From assembly GCA_900088475.1 (NCBI GenBank), contig FLMG01002844.1:1-50991 (forward strand): 50,991 nt of DNA, read 5' to 3'. The notes below the pieces were generated by a model. The model had not been told where the DNA came from. It was given only the letters and a program-made list of their open reading frames with translations, and did no database searches. Shown piece after piece: positions 23,793-35,466 of this stretch. The translations under genes were made by a program, and so were the position numbers. The stretch is from Hyphochytrium catenoides (lineage: Eukaryota > Protista > Hyphochytriomycota). The first letter of the stretch is position 1. Each line of letters starts with the position of its first letter.

Positions 23793-24958
23793 CTATACGC
23801 CAAGCACCAGAGTGGAGCCCAAGAGCGTGATGGCTCCAAGAAGCATAGCTGCTGGAGTGACGTATTGCGTAACCGCGCTGGACTGACTGTTTGACTGATC
23901 GCTGGTGGATGGGGCCGGAGTGATCTTCTGTGTGAAGAGAGGGAGGCAAGGTTAAAGTTAGAAAAGTTCATCACTCCTTTCCAATTGATGTCCTACCGGA
24001 GCCGTAGCATTCTCTGGGCGGGTGGCTGGCCCAGAAGAGGAAGGTGTTGGGGAGATAGGCCCGCTAGTGCCTCCAGGAGTGGTGTTATCGCTAGGTGGAG
24101 AAGAGGGAGAGAGTCCTGACGTAGGTGTAGGAGAGCTGCTACCGCCATTAGCAGCTAATCGGCTTAGGCCAGTGGTAAACTCTAACTCACTTAGCCCACA
24201 ACATCTGCTGTTGACCTTTGTACAATCATCTCCTGAAGGTCGATCAGCGCTTGCAAGGACTGTTATCACGTCCTTGGTCACTGGGTCATTTTTGATGACG
24301 TCCAGGTTAGGCTGCTGGTCATCATAAAAGACAATATGTCCGTACGGCACACTCCAATAGGCCATGATATTCTTCATCATTTCATTCTTCGCCCGGGGCC
24401 CACACTGATATTGCCTTAGAGTCTTCGACTCTGATTCCTGCCACTCAGAAGTGTCGCTTGCAGGACTCCCTGTGGCTTTCGCAATCAGGTCTACCAACCA
24501 TCTAACAGGGGAAAGAGATCAAGTCAGTTCAAGGACGATTATGCAGGCAAGGAAATCATCATGAGGGCTTACTTGAACTTGCTAGCTTCACCGTTTAGCT
24601 GTCCAGTGCTGCAACCGGGTCCATGGGTTGCAATACTGATCCCATAACCCTTGGAAGCGCAACCTTGAAGAGCCCCTAACGCGAAGGTCCCTTGCACTAG
24701 AGACCGTCCGTTCCCGCCATACGCGTTGTCAACTGCGCTGGTCTTAGCTACGTTTGAACAACCACTTTCCTGTGCCGCAGTAAGAGTTCTATCCACATCA
24801 AAAACACATACATACTGGACGGCGCCAGCTGACGCCAGCTCACGCCGAGGGTGGATATGGAGCCAGTCTTCGGACCCTCGACGAATGGCGCCCTCTAGGG
24901 ATGCCGGACCGAGGGCAAAGAGGCAAAGAAATGCCCCTAGATGGAGACTCTTAACCAT
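23793..24958 (-). CDS. Secreted, probably GPI-anchored HAD-superfamily hydrolase with Ser/Pro/Thr stalk, 3 exons
   Basis: Exons 24958-24573, 24501-23997 and 23927-23793. Contains a signal peptide, HAD motif I CVFDVDRTL, motif II IAT, a motif III Lys (AKNEMM) and motif IV IVFYDD. The last exon encodes KITPAPSTSDQSNSQSSAVTQYVTPAAMLLGAITLLGSTLVLGV*. Confidence 0.82.
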
Positions 24959-26029
24959 GGTCTTGTTCTGGAAAGCTATTGTAGCAGCTGTCGTTCGAAG
25001 GCAAGAAGGGCAGATGTGGCCCTTCTGACAACGATATTACCCGCTTTGAGACTTTAGCTGTGCTGATGACGTTTTAGCGACAGTTGGGCAGCGAGACTCC
25101 CAGCAAGCTTGGCCCTGTAGGCGGCCGTGTCACTGTCTCACGAACAGTAAAGCTGAAGTCCCCCGTCCTCTCAATAACAGCGCGCTGCTACTGCCCTGGT
25201 TGTCGGCCCTGTTAGTTCTGGTCGCCCTTGGGTCACATCTCTGGCGCACGTGTGAGTTTGGACAGAGACTGGCAGACAGGCATAAACAGCAAGGCTGCAA
25301 CAATGGTGTCTGGTCTCAACAATCAGAGCTTCAGAAACACACGGCGACATCCTGTCAAGTAGGAAATAGATGATAGGAAATGCCAAACCCAATGTCCGCG
25401 TCAGGATTGACGAAATACGCCAAAAGGTGACCTATTTAGAGATCATCACTCTTTCTATCAACGCTTTCCCGCAGTGCTGCTTTCAAGCCCCTTCCTAGCT
25501 GACCCTGAAACTGTATATATTCTTCAGTCAAGGGGGAGGTCTGACCGAAACCAGGGAGTGCAGTCTGTACGATGTTATTAGATGTACCCTGAAAAGGGTG
25601 TTGTAGGTGTCGTCTGTACAACTATGGAAAGGAAAAAGACTCGGGCCCTTGTCTAACCCGACTCAGCTGTTACCACCACCACTGCATATGTGATATAGGA
25701 TAAAGTGATTCGAGTCAGGTTCTCAACCCGGGCTCCAAACGCTGGAAGGTTGAAGGAGACATGGAAATGAAAGGGCACGTCGCGCCGCTACGGCCTTCCC
25801 TTGAAAGCTTTGAGAACGCGCGTCAGAACTCTGCGTAAAGCTGTATCTATTTTCCCCCCAGGCTCGTAAGTGGCAGCACTGACAAGCATGCTTGACCTCT
25901 ACTATTCAGACATGGAGCTAACTCCGTACCAACATCCAAGCCTGGTGCCGCTCCTCTGGCACACAGGAGTGTCAATGTGAGGTTTCTTGCCAGAGCCTGG
26001 TCTTCTTTGCTAGTGTGGCTGCTGGCATA

Positions 26030-28382
26030 ATGTGGCGGCGGGCACTCATTTGTACGCCGTTGGTTCTGCTAGCTGGAGCTGTTGTTGCCTCTGGCGAAGA
26101 CAATCCTCCATTCATTGAGCTGACCGACCTTCCTGACCACCTTCTGGCGGATGCACCTCAGCTGGATTTGTCATGGCTTGAAGATGAGGAGCATCGCTTT
26201 CAGCTAGATCCAAAGAACCAGTTCGATCCCTCCTTGGGTTATTTTGTCCCAGAAAATCATGAGGCATTTTCTCGAATCGGCGAGACTCAGGGATCAGAGG
26301 ACGGGCAAGGTGAGTGTAGGGTCACATCGGACTTTTGATGTGTGGCGTACTCGTTTCCAGTGGCTGACTTAGCTCACTTTAGGTCCTGCCGACACCTGCT
26401 CTGCAGAGGGACCTAGCGACTTTACCGTCATTATCGAGGAGAAAGGCACTCTAGGAGTGTCATTGAGTGGCGAAAGTGTCATCACAGGCTTTCATCGAAA
26501 TGAAGATGGCAAAAAATATCCCTTGGAAGCCTCGGGGATTGTACAGGTATTGATCAAGTCCTGCGGTTGACAAGTTTGCGCTCCACATCTAATCAACCAT
26601 TCCTTGGCGGAACCGATCTATTGCCTGCTTCAGCTTGGAGACAGAATCGTTGGTGTGAACGGAAACGACCTCAGAGGGCTGTACCTGTCAGACGTTATCC
26701 AAGCTTTGAAGACAGCAGAAGCTCCCATTACTCTGGCTCTACACCCCGGGGATGGTCGATGTGTAGGTCTGCAGACAGTGTTACCGGCTGGAAAGGTATC
26801 ATACCTTCTACGCGTTTGAAAAGATACACACGCGGGATTAAAACAGATGTATGATAGGATGAGGCAAACAGTAGCGCCAGTCAGACAAAGCTCCTCCTCT
26901 TCCGAGGCATCATTTACGCTGAGACGATTCCGGTCATCCCAGCAGCTTACAGTGCAACGACAGCCTGTGCAGCGGCGCCTCTGTTTATTTCCACTCGTTC
27001 CAATGGCTGCGTTGGGCTTCCTATTGATGTCAACGGCAAGTTCGTGGCTGTGTGGGTAAGCTTTGATGTTATGGATTTAGTCCCCGCCGCTGCTGGCTCT
27101 CTGACCATCAGATAACCGCAGAGGAGTGGCTGTGACGTTTATACGAAGGCAACGAACGCGCAAAGTCTTGGGGCGGCAGGACTTCTCGTTGTCAGTGAGG
27201 AGAAATGGGAAGCGGTCGAGCTTCAGCTTCCTCCTACCACTGATAAGAACGAGGTGAACATCCCGGTGCTCATGGCTTCCTATTCCTCAGGTACTGCTCA
27301 TCGGTCGTCGTCGATTTTGCTGAGACATTAAGACCCTGTTCCTAGGGAATCCATTGATGACCTCAGTGCCTATGGATATGGCCGTAAAAGTGGCGCCCTA
27401 TCATGGGGCATGTGAAAAGCCCATGGGTGGGCAAGGCCCAGAATTGCCAGACATGTCACAATCTGGATCGATGGTGACTGAGGCAGCGAAGCTTACGGAT
27501 GGTAATCTGCCTATAGACGGGTATGGAGGACTCATGTCTGTCAGCGGCATCAACCAACAATTTGAGGTACTTTCTCGAGATGTATAAGGTATTTGTGATC
27601 AGCTCTGACCTCAGGATTGAGTAGTTTCTGAAGCTGGCCGGCAGTGGTGGACCGCTCGCGAGGACTGACCTTTATAGCATCACCGTGCGGAGCTCACTCT
27701 GCAGTGATGATAGCATGCAGCATGCGAAGCCAGGCTCTGCCGTGTTCGCTAGAGAGGGTGGCTGCACTTTGAAGCAAAAGGTACATACCTTTAATTAAAC
27801 ACCGGTTTAGTGGAAGCTAATTAGATTGCCATGCTACCAATGTAGATCTCTGTGGCGGCAAAAGGCGGGGCTGCACTTTTAGCTGTTAGCGCAGCCGACC
27901 ACGGAATGCCAAGCATCCCATGGGAAGAATCCGAAGGAAGCTCTGTCCCTGTTTTGTTGACGACTGCGAATGCATTCGAAAAGATTACGTAGGTTCCAAT
28001 CTCATGCTTTCTAGTGAGGTGTACTACCATCATTTGACGATCGTTGTGCTTTTAGCAATTACATAGAGGTAGAAAGGCCGGAACATGAACCCCATCTTAA
28101 TATCACTTTCGCTGGTAAGGGTTCACAGATCGAATGCGTTTCTACTTCCCTCTTCGTGAGACCGGTTATGAAGGGTTGTAACATAACTTGGCTGCAGGAC
28201 ACATTGCATCTTCGTGGGCGGAGCTGACCTCTCTCAGCAATGTTGAGCAATGGCCGACCTCTTCCAGCGATCGCCTGCGCTTATACAACAGGCTATACCT
28301 CGCTCACTCCCCTGAGCAATCAACCGGCTCTGATGAGCGGCTTGAATATCTTAGGCACATCTATCAAAAGCTACCTACATAG
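26030..28382 (+). CDS. Signal-peptide protein with a PDZ domain and two protease-associated (PA) domains, multi-exon
   Basis: Signal-like MWRRALICTPLVLLAGAVVASG. PDZ: KGTLGVSL...VQLGDRIVGVNGNDLRGLYLSDVIQALK. PA1: KFVAVWRSGCDVYTKATNAQSLGAAGLLVV...VNIPVLM. PA2: FAREGGCTLKQKISVAAKGGAALLAV...VPVLL. All joins are in frame with GT-AG introns. Confidence 0.82.
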
Positions 28383-28473
28383 TTTTAGCCCCTGCTATTA
28401 TGGCTGCCTGATTACACGGCTATGTACATTCATTAACAGTTCAGAAGCTAGTTGAACTAACACAATCTGTGGC

Positions 28474-29680
28474 TTACACTGCTTGATAACGGTTGTTGTT
28501 CAAAGGTTGCCGCTCGCTTGGCTGGTAGCCGTAAGGGTACTGCTGCATCTGCTGCGCCTGGTTCATTTGTCGCATCACCCGGAAGAGAAGGTAGAGCATT
28601 AATACCAGGTACACGATAAACAGGATGTTTCCATTGGGATCGACCCATTGTAGGAACATATGGACCAGACTGAAGAAAACGGACACTAGAAGAGTGAACA
28701 TGACAAGGCTGGATCTCCAGTGGTCAATAATGAAAGCGATGTCACGGTCACTGAATCGGTTGCTCCCGCTGTTATACGCTGCGATTTGTCTGCATTCCGC
28801 TATGACTTCGCTGGGCGTATACCATATGATTATAATAATTAGCAGAGGTAGGACCAGCATGACATCCAGGAATCCATGCCCTGGAATACGCGCAGGCATG
28901 AAGCTGATGGGCCACAACGCATAAAAAGCTGTGAAACCTGAGAGAAAACGCACGCCGAAGCCGGTGCGTGGATGCACCATCGCCAGGTAGAGGACGCTGC
29001 CGACGTAGCGAATGGCAGCTGGTATAGCACAGATTCCATGGCCCACAGCTCTAAGGACTTGCCTCGGCCCGTAACAGACGCCTCGTCGCTCTGGAGCAGT
29101 GTATGTTGCTTGAGTACCTCCTAGCCTTGTGCCTGCTGCATTCTGGACAGTCACGTTTGGTCTTGAAGTCCACTCAGGGCCAGACTGGTACTCGGACGAG
29201 CCCGAATAACCCAAGTACTGGCCACCGCCTGCTTGAGCGACAGGTTGCGTTGAAGCTGCACTAGATTGGCTGGAGACTAGATCACTAAAGGACATGGTGT
29301 TCCCAGGGGACCGAGCAGCTGTTCCAGACGGGGTTGCAGAGGGTCCGGGAGCAGGAGTTGTTGATGCCGCTCGTCCTTTGGTCAGGATCATCATTTTTGA
29401 GCCCTCAGTGACTCCAGCTTCGTCCATCCGCTCCCGGTTGGCCCTTTCCTTCCCTTTAAAGACTAGTCGCTGAACATTGACCGGGACCTGTAGCACAAGC
29501 ATTCAGAAGAATGAGGCTATTAGTACTCTCAGGCTGGTGGGGGTTAAAGGCATAGCCTTGTCATATCCTCAGACTCACCTTAGAGATCAAATAGATCTGC
29601 TCTTTTACCTGTCCGAACACGGCTGATGGGTCGATGTCGATGTCATGGGACTCTTTTCCAACGAAGACTACCACCCTCAT
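28474..29680 (-). CDS. N-terminal ubiquitin-like domain protein with ~4-5 C-terminal transmembrane segments, 2 exons
   Basis: Exon 1 (29680-29579, MRVVVFVGKESHDIDIDPSAVFGQVKEQIYLISK) joins across intron 29578-29488 to VPVNVQRLVFKGKE...GVTEGSKMMIL (UBL). A low-complexity linker and hydrophobic helices follow. Confidence 0.85.
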
Positions 29681-31279
29681 GGTTCCGTTCAATCTTGATT
29701 TTCTACTAGGTATAGGGGATGGTGGTTGTCTACCACCTTTGGCGGTAGACGCAGCGCAATCAGCGTTACCTCTAGATAGGCGATAATTGAGAGAACCTGT
29801 GCCTTGAAAAAAAGCTGAATGGCTGGGATTGGGCAGCAGTATTGGTTGATAAAGGAGAGCAGATCGGAGTAGCGCACGCGCAGGGTGCCGGGTGCCTCCT
29901 CCTGCAGCAGAATCATCTCAGGAGTTCAACTAGAAGCTTTCTCATGACACAAACAGACACGAAGATCCGTGTTCTATGATAAGTGAGATCGAGGGAGAAA
30001 GGGCTGATAGATAAAAGGAAGAAAGGGGGAAGCAGACCAGCTTCTCAATAAACGATAACTAATTGGTCATGGTTACAGTTATCAATTTGTGACTCCTCTC
30101 TCCTCAGATTCTCCTTTTCATGCTTGTTGAGAATTTGATGATGATGAGTGCAGGCGGCGTGAGGTCAACAATAAGAAGGTTATATATAGTAGTGCTGATT
30201 GATGGCTAGCTAATCGAGGCGACGGCTACTTCTTGACGTGGATCTCTTGGTCCGAGAGGATTTGCTGTTACCGTTGGTATCCTATCCCCAACAAGGCCGT
30301 GAGAGAATCAATTTTTTCAAGGAAGGAACAAGCGTGCATGGCTGCTATCCTTCTGCCTGTTCAACCCGAAGCAACAGCATTGCAAGGGTGCAATCCTTTA
30401 ATATCTTCTATAATTGAACATCGTTACGCTTTAACTTAGAACAGACGTTGAACTAGAAAGTACTTCAAGTGTGGCGACGCTTCTGATAGACGCAGATTGA
30501 CGCCGTTTGCTCTTCCTATAATCTAATCGCAAGCGGTATGTCTAGGGGACTTGTGCGGTGGTTAACGATTCGCCTAGAGATGGGAGTCATCGCTGAGCCA
30601 GCCGTTGGGTTACCCTAATGGCAGAATGGTCCTGCACCACCACGTAAGTAATCGCTGCAGAACGAAGAAGGGACACTGCAAAGGAGCGATCAGCGCTGCT
30701 TCCTCCTCTTTCTGCCGCCTTTGGCACCATTGCTCTAAAAAAAAAAGAAAAGGCACCACTTATCGCCTTGATTGAACGGGTAGGTTATCCGCGTGGGTTG
30801 TCGTTAGTTGTTCAATAGGTGCGGATCTACTGGTACACTACTGGTGACCACGCCTTTTTTATCTTATTTGCATCAGATGGATTAGCATTGTCTTGACAAA
30901 AGGAAGCTTTCAAAGTAGCGCCTTCAAAGCTACTTCCTCAAACGCTTAGTTCAAGATGTTCATAGCGAGTTTGATACCTCCTCGATGGTTATAGACCCTA
31001 GAGTACAACTGCACGTGGCTCCCATGCAGAAGCCCGCTGCTCAGATGAGGCCTACCTGCTCCTTTTTCCTTAAACCTCACCTCTGTCTCTTTCCCTGTGT
31101 TACGTTTTGAAAGCTCAAGGCATTGACGAGGCCGCTGCATTTGCAACGTCTGCCAATCCCTTGCTCAATACAATCTGGAGAGAGCCTGCTATTATCACGT
31201 CGCTTCTTGTTCTGTCTTTGAAAGAGAGGTTCGGGTTCGCGAGACTTGCTCCACTAGCCCAAAGCACTTTTACTCTTCT

Positions 31280-31873
31280 TTAAGCAGTCTCTTGCAGAAA
31301 CTTGCGTATCCGCGCAAGCAGTTCTGCCTTGATCTCGTCTGGCACCATGGCTTCATGCAGCAGAGCTCATCAGTTAGGTCTGACAGGTCGAGAGTCAACG
31401 CTAGGTCTCACCTCGGCCACGGGGGGTGATTTCAGCCACAAGATCTTCAACTGTGATCTTCTCAAGTCCTTTGTTTCGGATGACCTCTGAATGAAGAAGT
31501 GGAAGGGGTGGGTGAGGAGGGCAAATCCTGCTTTGAGCGATCGCTGTGATTAGGGTGATATGCCTACCTTTGCTATATTCCTTAAGTTGATCTCTCCATC
31601 CACATTCAACCAGCTTCTGTCTCAGGAGATCTTTTAGCCTATACGAGCAAGAAGTTAAAAGATGAGTTTCCCTTGAGATGGTGTAGGTTCTACAGATTCG
31701 CGACCTTTCTTTCTCTCCTGTTTCAATCAGCTTCTTGTTGATTTGATCCCTGACCTGCTCGTCTCGGCTTTTTCTCTCCTCGTGAGTCCTGCGGTAGTGA
31801 AAAGCAGACGGCATGAGCCTCTTATCCTTCATTGCATTCAGGTGAAGGGTCGTCGTATTACTCACTCGGGCAT
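31280..31873 (-). CDS. ENY2: Transcription and mRNA export factor ENY2/Sus1, 5 exons
   Basis: Spliced product: [102 protein letters not shown]. Confidence 0.95.
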
Positions 31874-32002
31874 GCTTCACTTCGCTTCAGCGTCTTCTTG
31901 AGAATGTCGACAGACTTTCACTAGTCAAACGTCCTGTCACCTCTCTGGAACGAATTGCTTTTATCGCCGCTATGGCCCTTTGGTAAGGAGTCCCTGTTGC
32001 TT

Positions 32003-34055
32003 ATGGCAGACGGGCGGCGGCACACAGTTCATCAGGAGCCTGCCGNNNNNNNNNNNNNNNNNNNNNNNNNNNNNNNNNNNNNNNNNNNNNNNNNNNNNNN
32101 NNNCGGTACAGCCTCAGACCTAAGGTTGGCGCAAATACGACCTACTTCTGTAAACCTTACGCAATTGCTTCCTTGCCAACTAATTATATTTTATAGGGTA
32201 AGGAAATAGACGAGGCATATAAATCGTATTCCTCCTTACCTTGTCGCAAAACCACTTTCTTCTCTTTACAAGGATGTTTGAAGCTTGACGTCACTAGAGC
32301 ACTCACTGTTCAAAGACAGCTGCTGGAGCTCTGCGCTCACTGTCCTGCCACCTGACCAGCATCCACCATCATCACCCTCCTCTCACCGCAGCAAGTGGCG
32401 CACTGGAAGCACTTCCTTGCCTGTGTCCATCAGCAGGTTGAAGATAACAGGTCTTTGCGACGGCTGTTTGAAGGAGATGAGGTGGCCGAGCTGGATTCAT
32501 GTCAACCTCTTCTCGCAAAAATCGAGTCTCGGTGAGCATACGTCTCTCTCGACAGCTCGCAGCACGATCTGACATCGGTTGACACAGGTCCTTCCTGTAA
32601 AGATCTCAAACTTTCGTGAGCTCTTTCTCAATAGTGAGCCAGACGCCCTCACGCTAACTAACACTGAGAACGATGGGTTGGAGCGATGCAGGTCTCGGCT
32701 TCGTTACTAGACTACTTTGTCACTCAACGAACTCCTCACCCCTCATTGCCATTTAGCATGGTTGATCTTAGAGTTCCAGTCCTCGTGGAGGCTATTGACC
32801 AGGCTATCAAAGACCATGCAACGCAAGACAGAGGCAACAATGAGCAGGAAGTTGATGACTTGTACGACAAGCTAGTCCGAGACCGAGAGAGCGCCCTGAA
32901 AACATCGCGGTGAGCTTGTCGTAAGACTTTGAAGAGTCAAAGACGCTGAAGTGGAGCTTCCTTTGTCAGGGCTGTGTTCAGGAAAAGGCCAGTCAGAGTG
33001 CTGGAAGTGGTTCCACAACCTTCGCAGAGGCTGCTGCAGCTTTGCAAGGTAGATTAAGGGAGCAGCTCCTTCTCACCTTATAACAAAGCGATACTGAGTA
33101 ATGCTGCTTTCAGCCTGCCTCGGATCCTAGCAATCAGGAACTGGCCCTACGAATCGCTGTCTTCCATCGCACTAAGGCATTAATCCATCAGGTGTCTACT
33201 AGATGTTTTTTGGTGAAGACGACGCTCCCTCTCCACACATTTAATTCACCCGTTCCAGCAGGAGTTTATAGTCCTCGGGAGCCAGAAGCTCGAGGTCCTG
33301 CGAGATAAATTGACCTGCCTCAATGATCAGCTCTTCGATGATGGTGAGTTCTTCGTGGTTGTAGGTCTCATGATAGGTTTCTCCGTCTCATGGTACGGCA
33401 TAGAATGTATCAAGGCCTTGGCATATTTTTACATTGGCGGCAAGATAGTGCATGACTCCAGAGATCCATCAGGTTTTAACTCGCCGGGACTGCTAAAGCA
33501 ATGGCTGGAGTCGGACAACAGGTCAGACCCTACCCTTAACTCGTAGTGCAGCCATAACAGACTAACACCGTCCGTGCAGGTCTGGTGCGAAAGAGCTGGG
33601 TCCACACGCCGACGTCACTATCCACAGCATGCAGACGGTGACCTTTGCTGATCTGGATGGGTTGCGATTAGGGGAGCAATACCTATTTTGCCATCAAGGG
33701 GACTGCGAGCACCTTTGGACAGTGCTTGATGTCCAACTAATCTCACTTGCAAACGGCACGGCCAGGTCTAACTTTCCTCTATGTCTACGTCATGAGCGCC
33801 CCCGGAGGATGAAGTGTGAGATCTGCCAGGTCTACATTGCAAAGTAAGACTGAAGCAACTAAGTCGCAGCCCCGTTTAGATTTGAAATTTCACATTGACA
33901 TTGACTTATGCCGTAGATTCTTCACCTTCGATGATGAGGAAGTCGACCAAGATCCGACATACTTTTGTGACGTCTGCTTGCACTACCTTCACTACAAGCC
34001 CAACGGTGAGCTGCGGCAACATAAGTTTACAGTCATCCCATTCTACCAGGAATAG
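32003..34055 (+). CDS. SNAPC3: snRNA-activating protein complex subunit 3 (SNAP50); 5' end uncertain because of an N gap
   Basis: QEFIVLGSQKLEVLRDKLTCLND, AYFYIGG, LRLGEQYLFCHQGDCEH, KCEIC and FCDVCLHYLHY are zf-SNAP50_C hallmarks. The start ATG at 32003 is a guess upstream of the gap. Confidence 0.88.
32046..32103. other. Assembly gap (N run)
   Basis: Run of N inside the probable SNAPC3 5' region. Confidence 1.
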
Positions 34056-34136
34056 GACGCATAGGGCTGGCCCGTCACGAAAGGAGGAGACTAGGCTTAG
34101 ATGACGCATATCTGGCAAATAATCTCCACTAGTTCA

Positions 34137-35466
34137 TTAGTCTGCATGAGGATGTTGCTCCTGGGGTTGTTCTTGCTGGACTTCAGCTTCTCCGGCTACA
34201 TCCTCCAAGACTGTGGGTTGATTAGCCTCACCTCGGCGAACTCCGAACACCATCTCTCTGTTTCAGGGGTGACGTGAGCAGAAATTGAGCAGTAAGATTG
34301 ATGGTGCGACTGGTAAGATGACAGCGGATTCGATAACATCAGCTACAGTGATAGCTAAGTAGGAGACGAAAAGGGCTGACACTCCAGAAAGAATGCAGAA
34401 GCAAGTGCTCAAGCTGTCCATAAAACTACATAGATAGGTCTCTCTAATTCTTGACTAGCTTGAGCTGGAGCAGCAGTAGAACGTACACTAGGGCAGGAGT
34501 CTTGAGAGGCCGTCGATACCGCCAACCGCGGATATCTGCGATTTGTGGGTAAACATCTGTGACACACCGTTCAGCACATGGTTCTTAGGGTTACTGGACG
34601 AATGCTAGACTTGGCTAGTAATGACCCTTACCTTCAAGAAAGTAGTACATATGCCCCACGACGATTCCGATTAGATCTATAGTGGCACTATTGCCCAAGA
34701 GGATAGAAAAGAAGAGCAAGACCCACGGAAGGTAGGGAGCCGTAAATGGGAAGAGACCTAGAAAGCTCATGCGGACACCATCATTCCTTCTGCCCCAGAC
34801 ATAGACCATCATGAAGGTAAGCGAGGAGCCTAGAAAGTGTACGCTGACAAACGGAGCTACCGCCTGTACATTATGTAAAGTGACCACAAAGCGCAAACAA
34901 GTTTATCAGCCACTCCTGCGAGAGAAGAGAGGATTTCCCATAGTAAAAGACCCTCTCACCGTCATGATGGTAGCGCCGAGGAACAGCATCCATACGAAGT
35001 CTACCGTCCTGCCTCGAAAAGATCCCTCTTCCAATAGTCGGCAGTACCGCACGCTACATCGAAGATACAAGAGTTAAGGAACTGGAAAGGTTTGATAAGT
35101 AATGGCGAACGATCAAGCCGGCAGCGCAGCGGAGCTCTGCCCTGACGGGTATATGGGGAAAGGATACAGAAAGTACAGGTGGAACAGGAAGTCCAGTGAG
35201 AAGAGGCCGAAGAACAGGAAGTTCGACACAAGCCTCCAGACCTGAGAAGGGCGAGAATGACCATGGTTAGAACATTATGTACGGCAAACAAAGTATCACA
35301 TTGAGGAGCCACTGACCTGTCCTTGCAGAATGAGTTTAAGGTTGAAATAGAGGGAGTAAGGAGAGACGATGTCAAGGGCACATGCAGCTGTAGTCAAGAA
35401 AGCTGCGGTCAAGTAGATCCTAGAGACTATAGGGATCTCCGTGTACCATTCTAAAGGGTCATTCAT
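34137..35466 (-). CDS. DERL2: Derlin (Der1/Derlin-2 type), ERAD component, 6 exons
   Basis: [28 protein letters not shown]|[49 protein letters not shown] and [12 protein letters not shown]|DVYP; ends QHPHAD*. Confidence 0.95.

Noticed and set aside
25690-25740. GATTCGAG/GGTTC motifs as a tRNA T-arm
   Set aside because: No cloverleaf pairing could be built.
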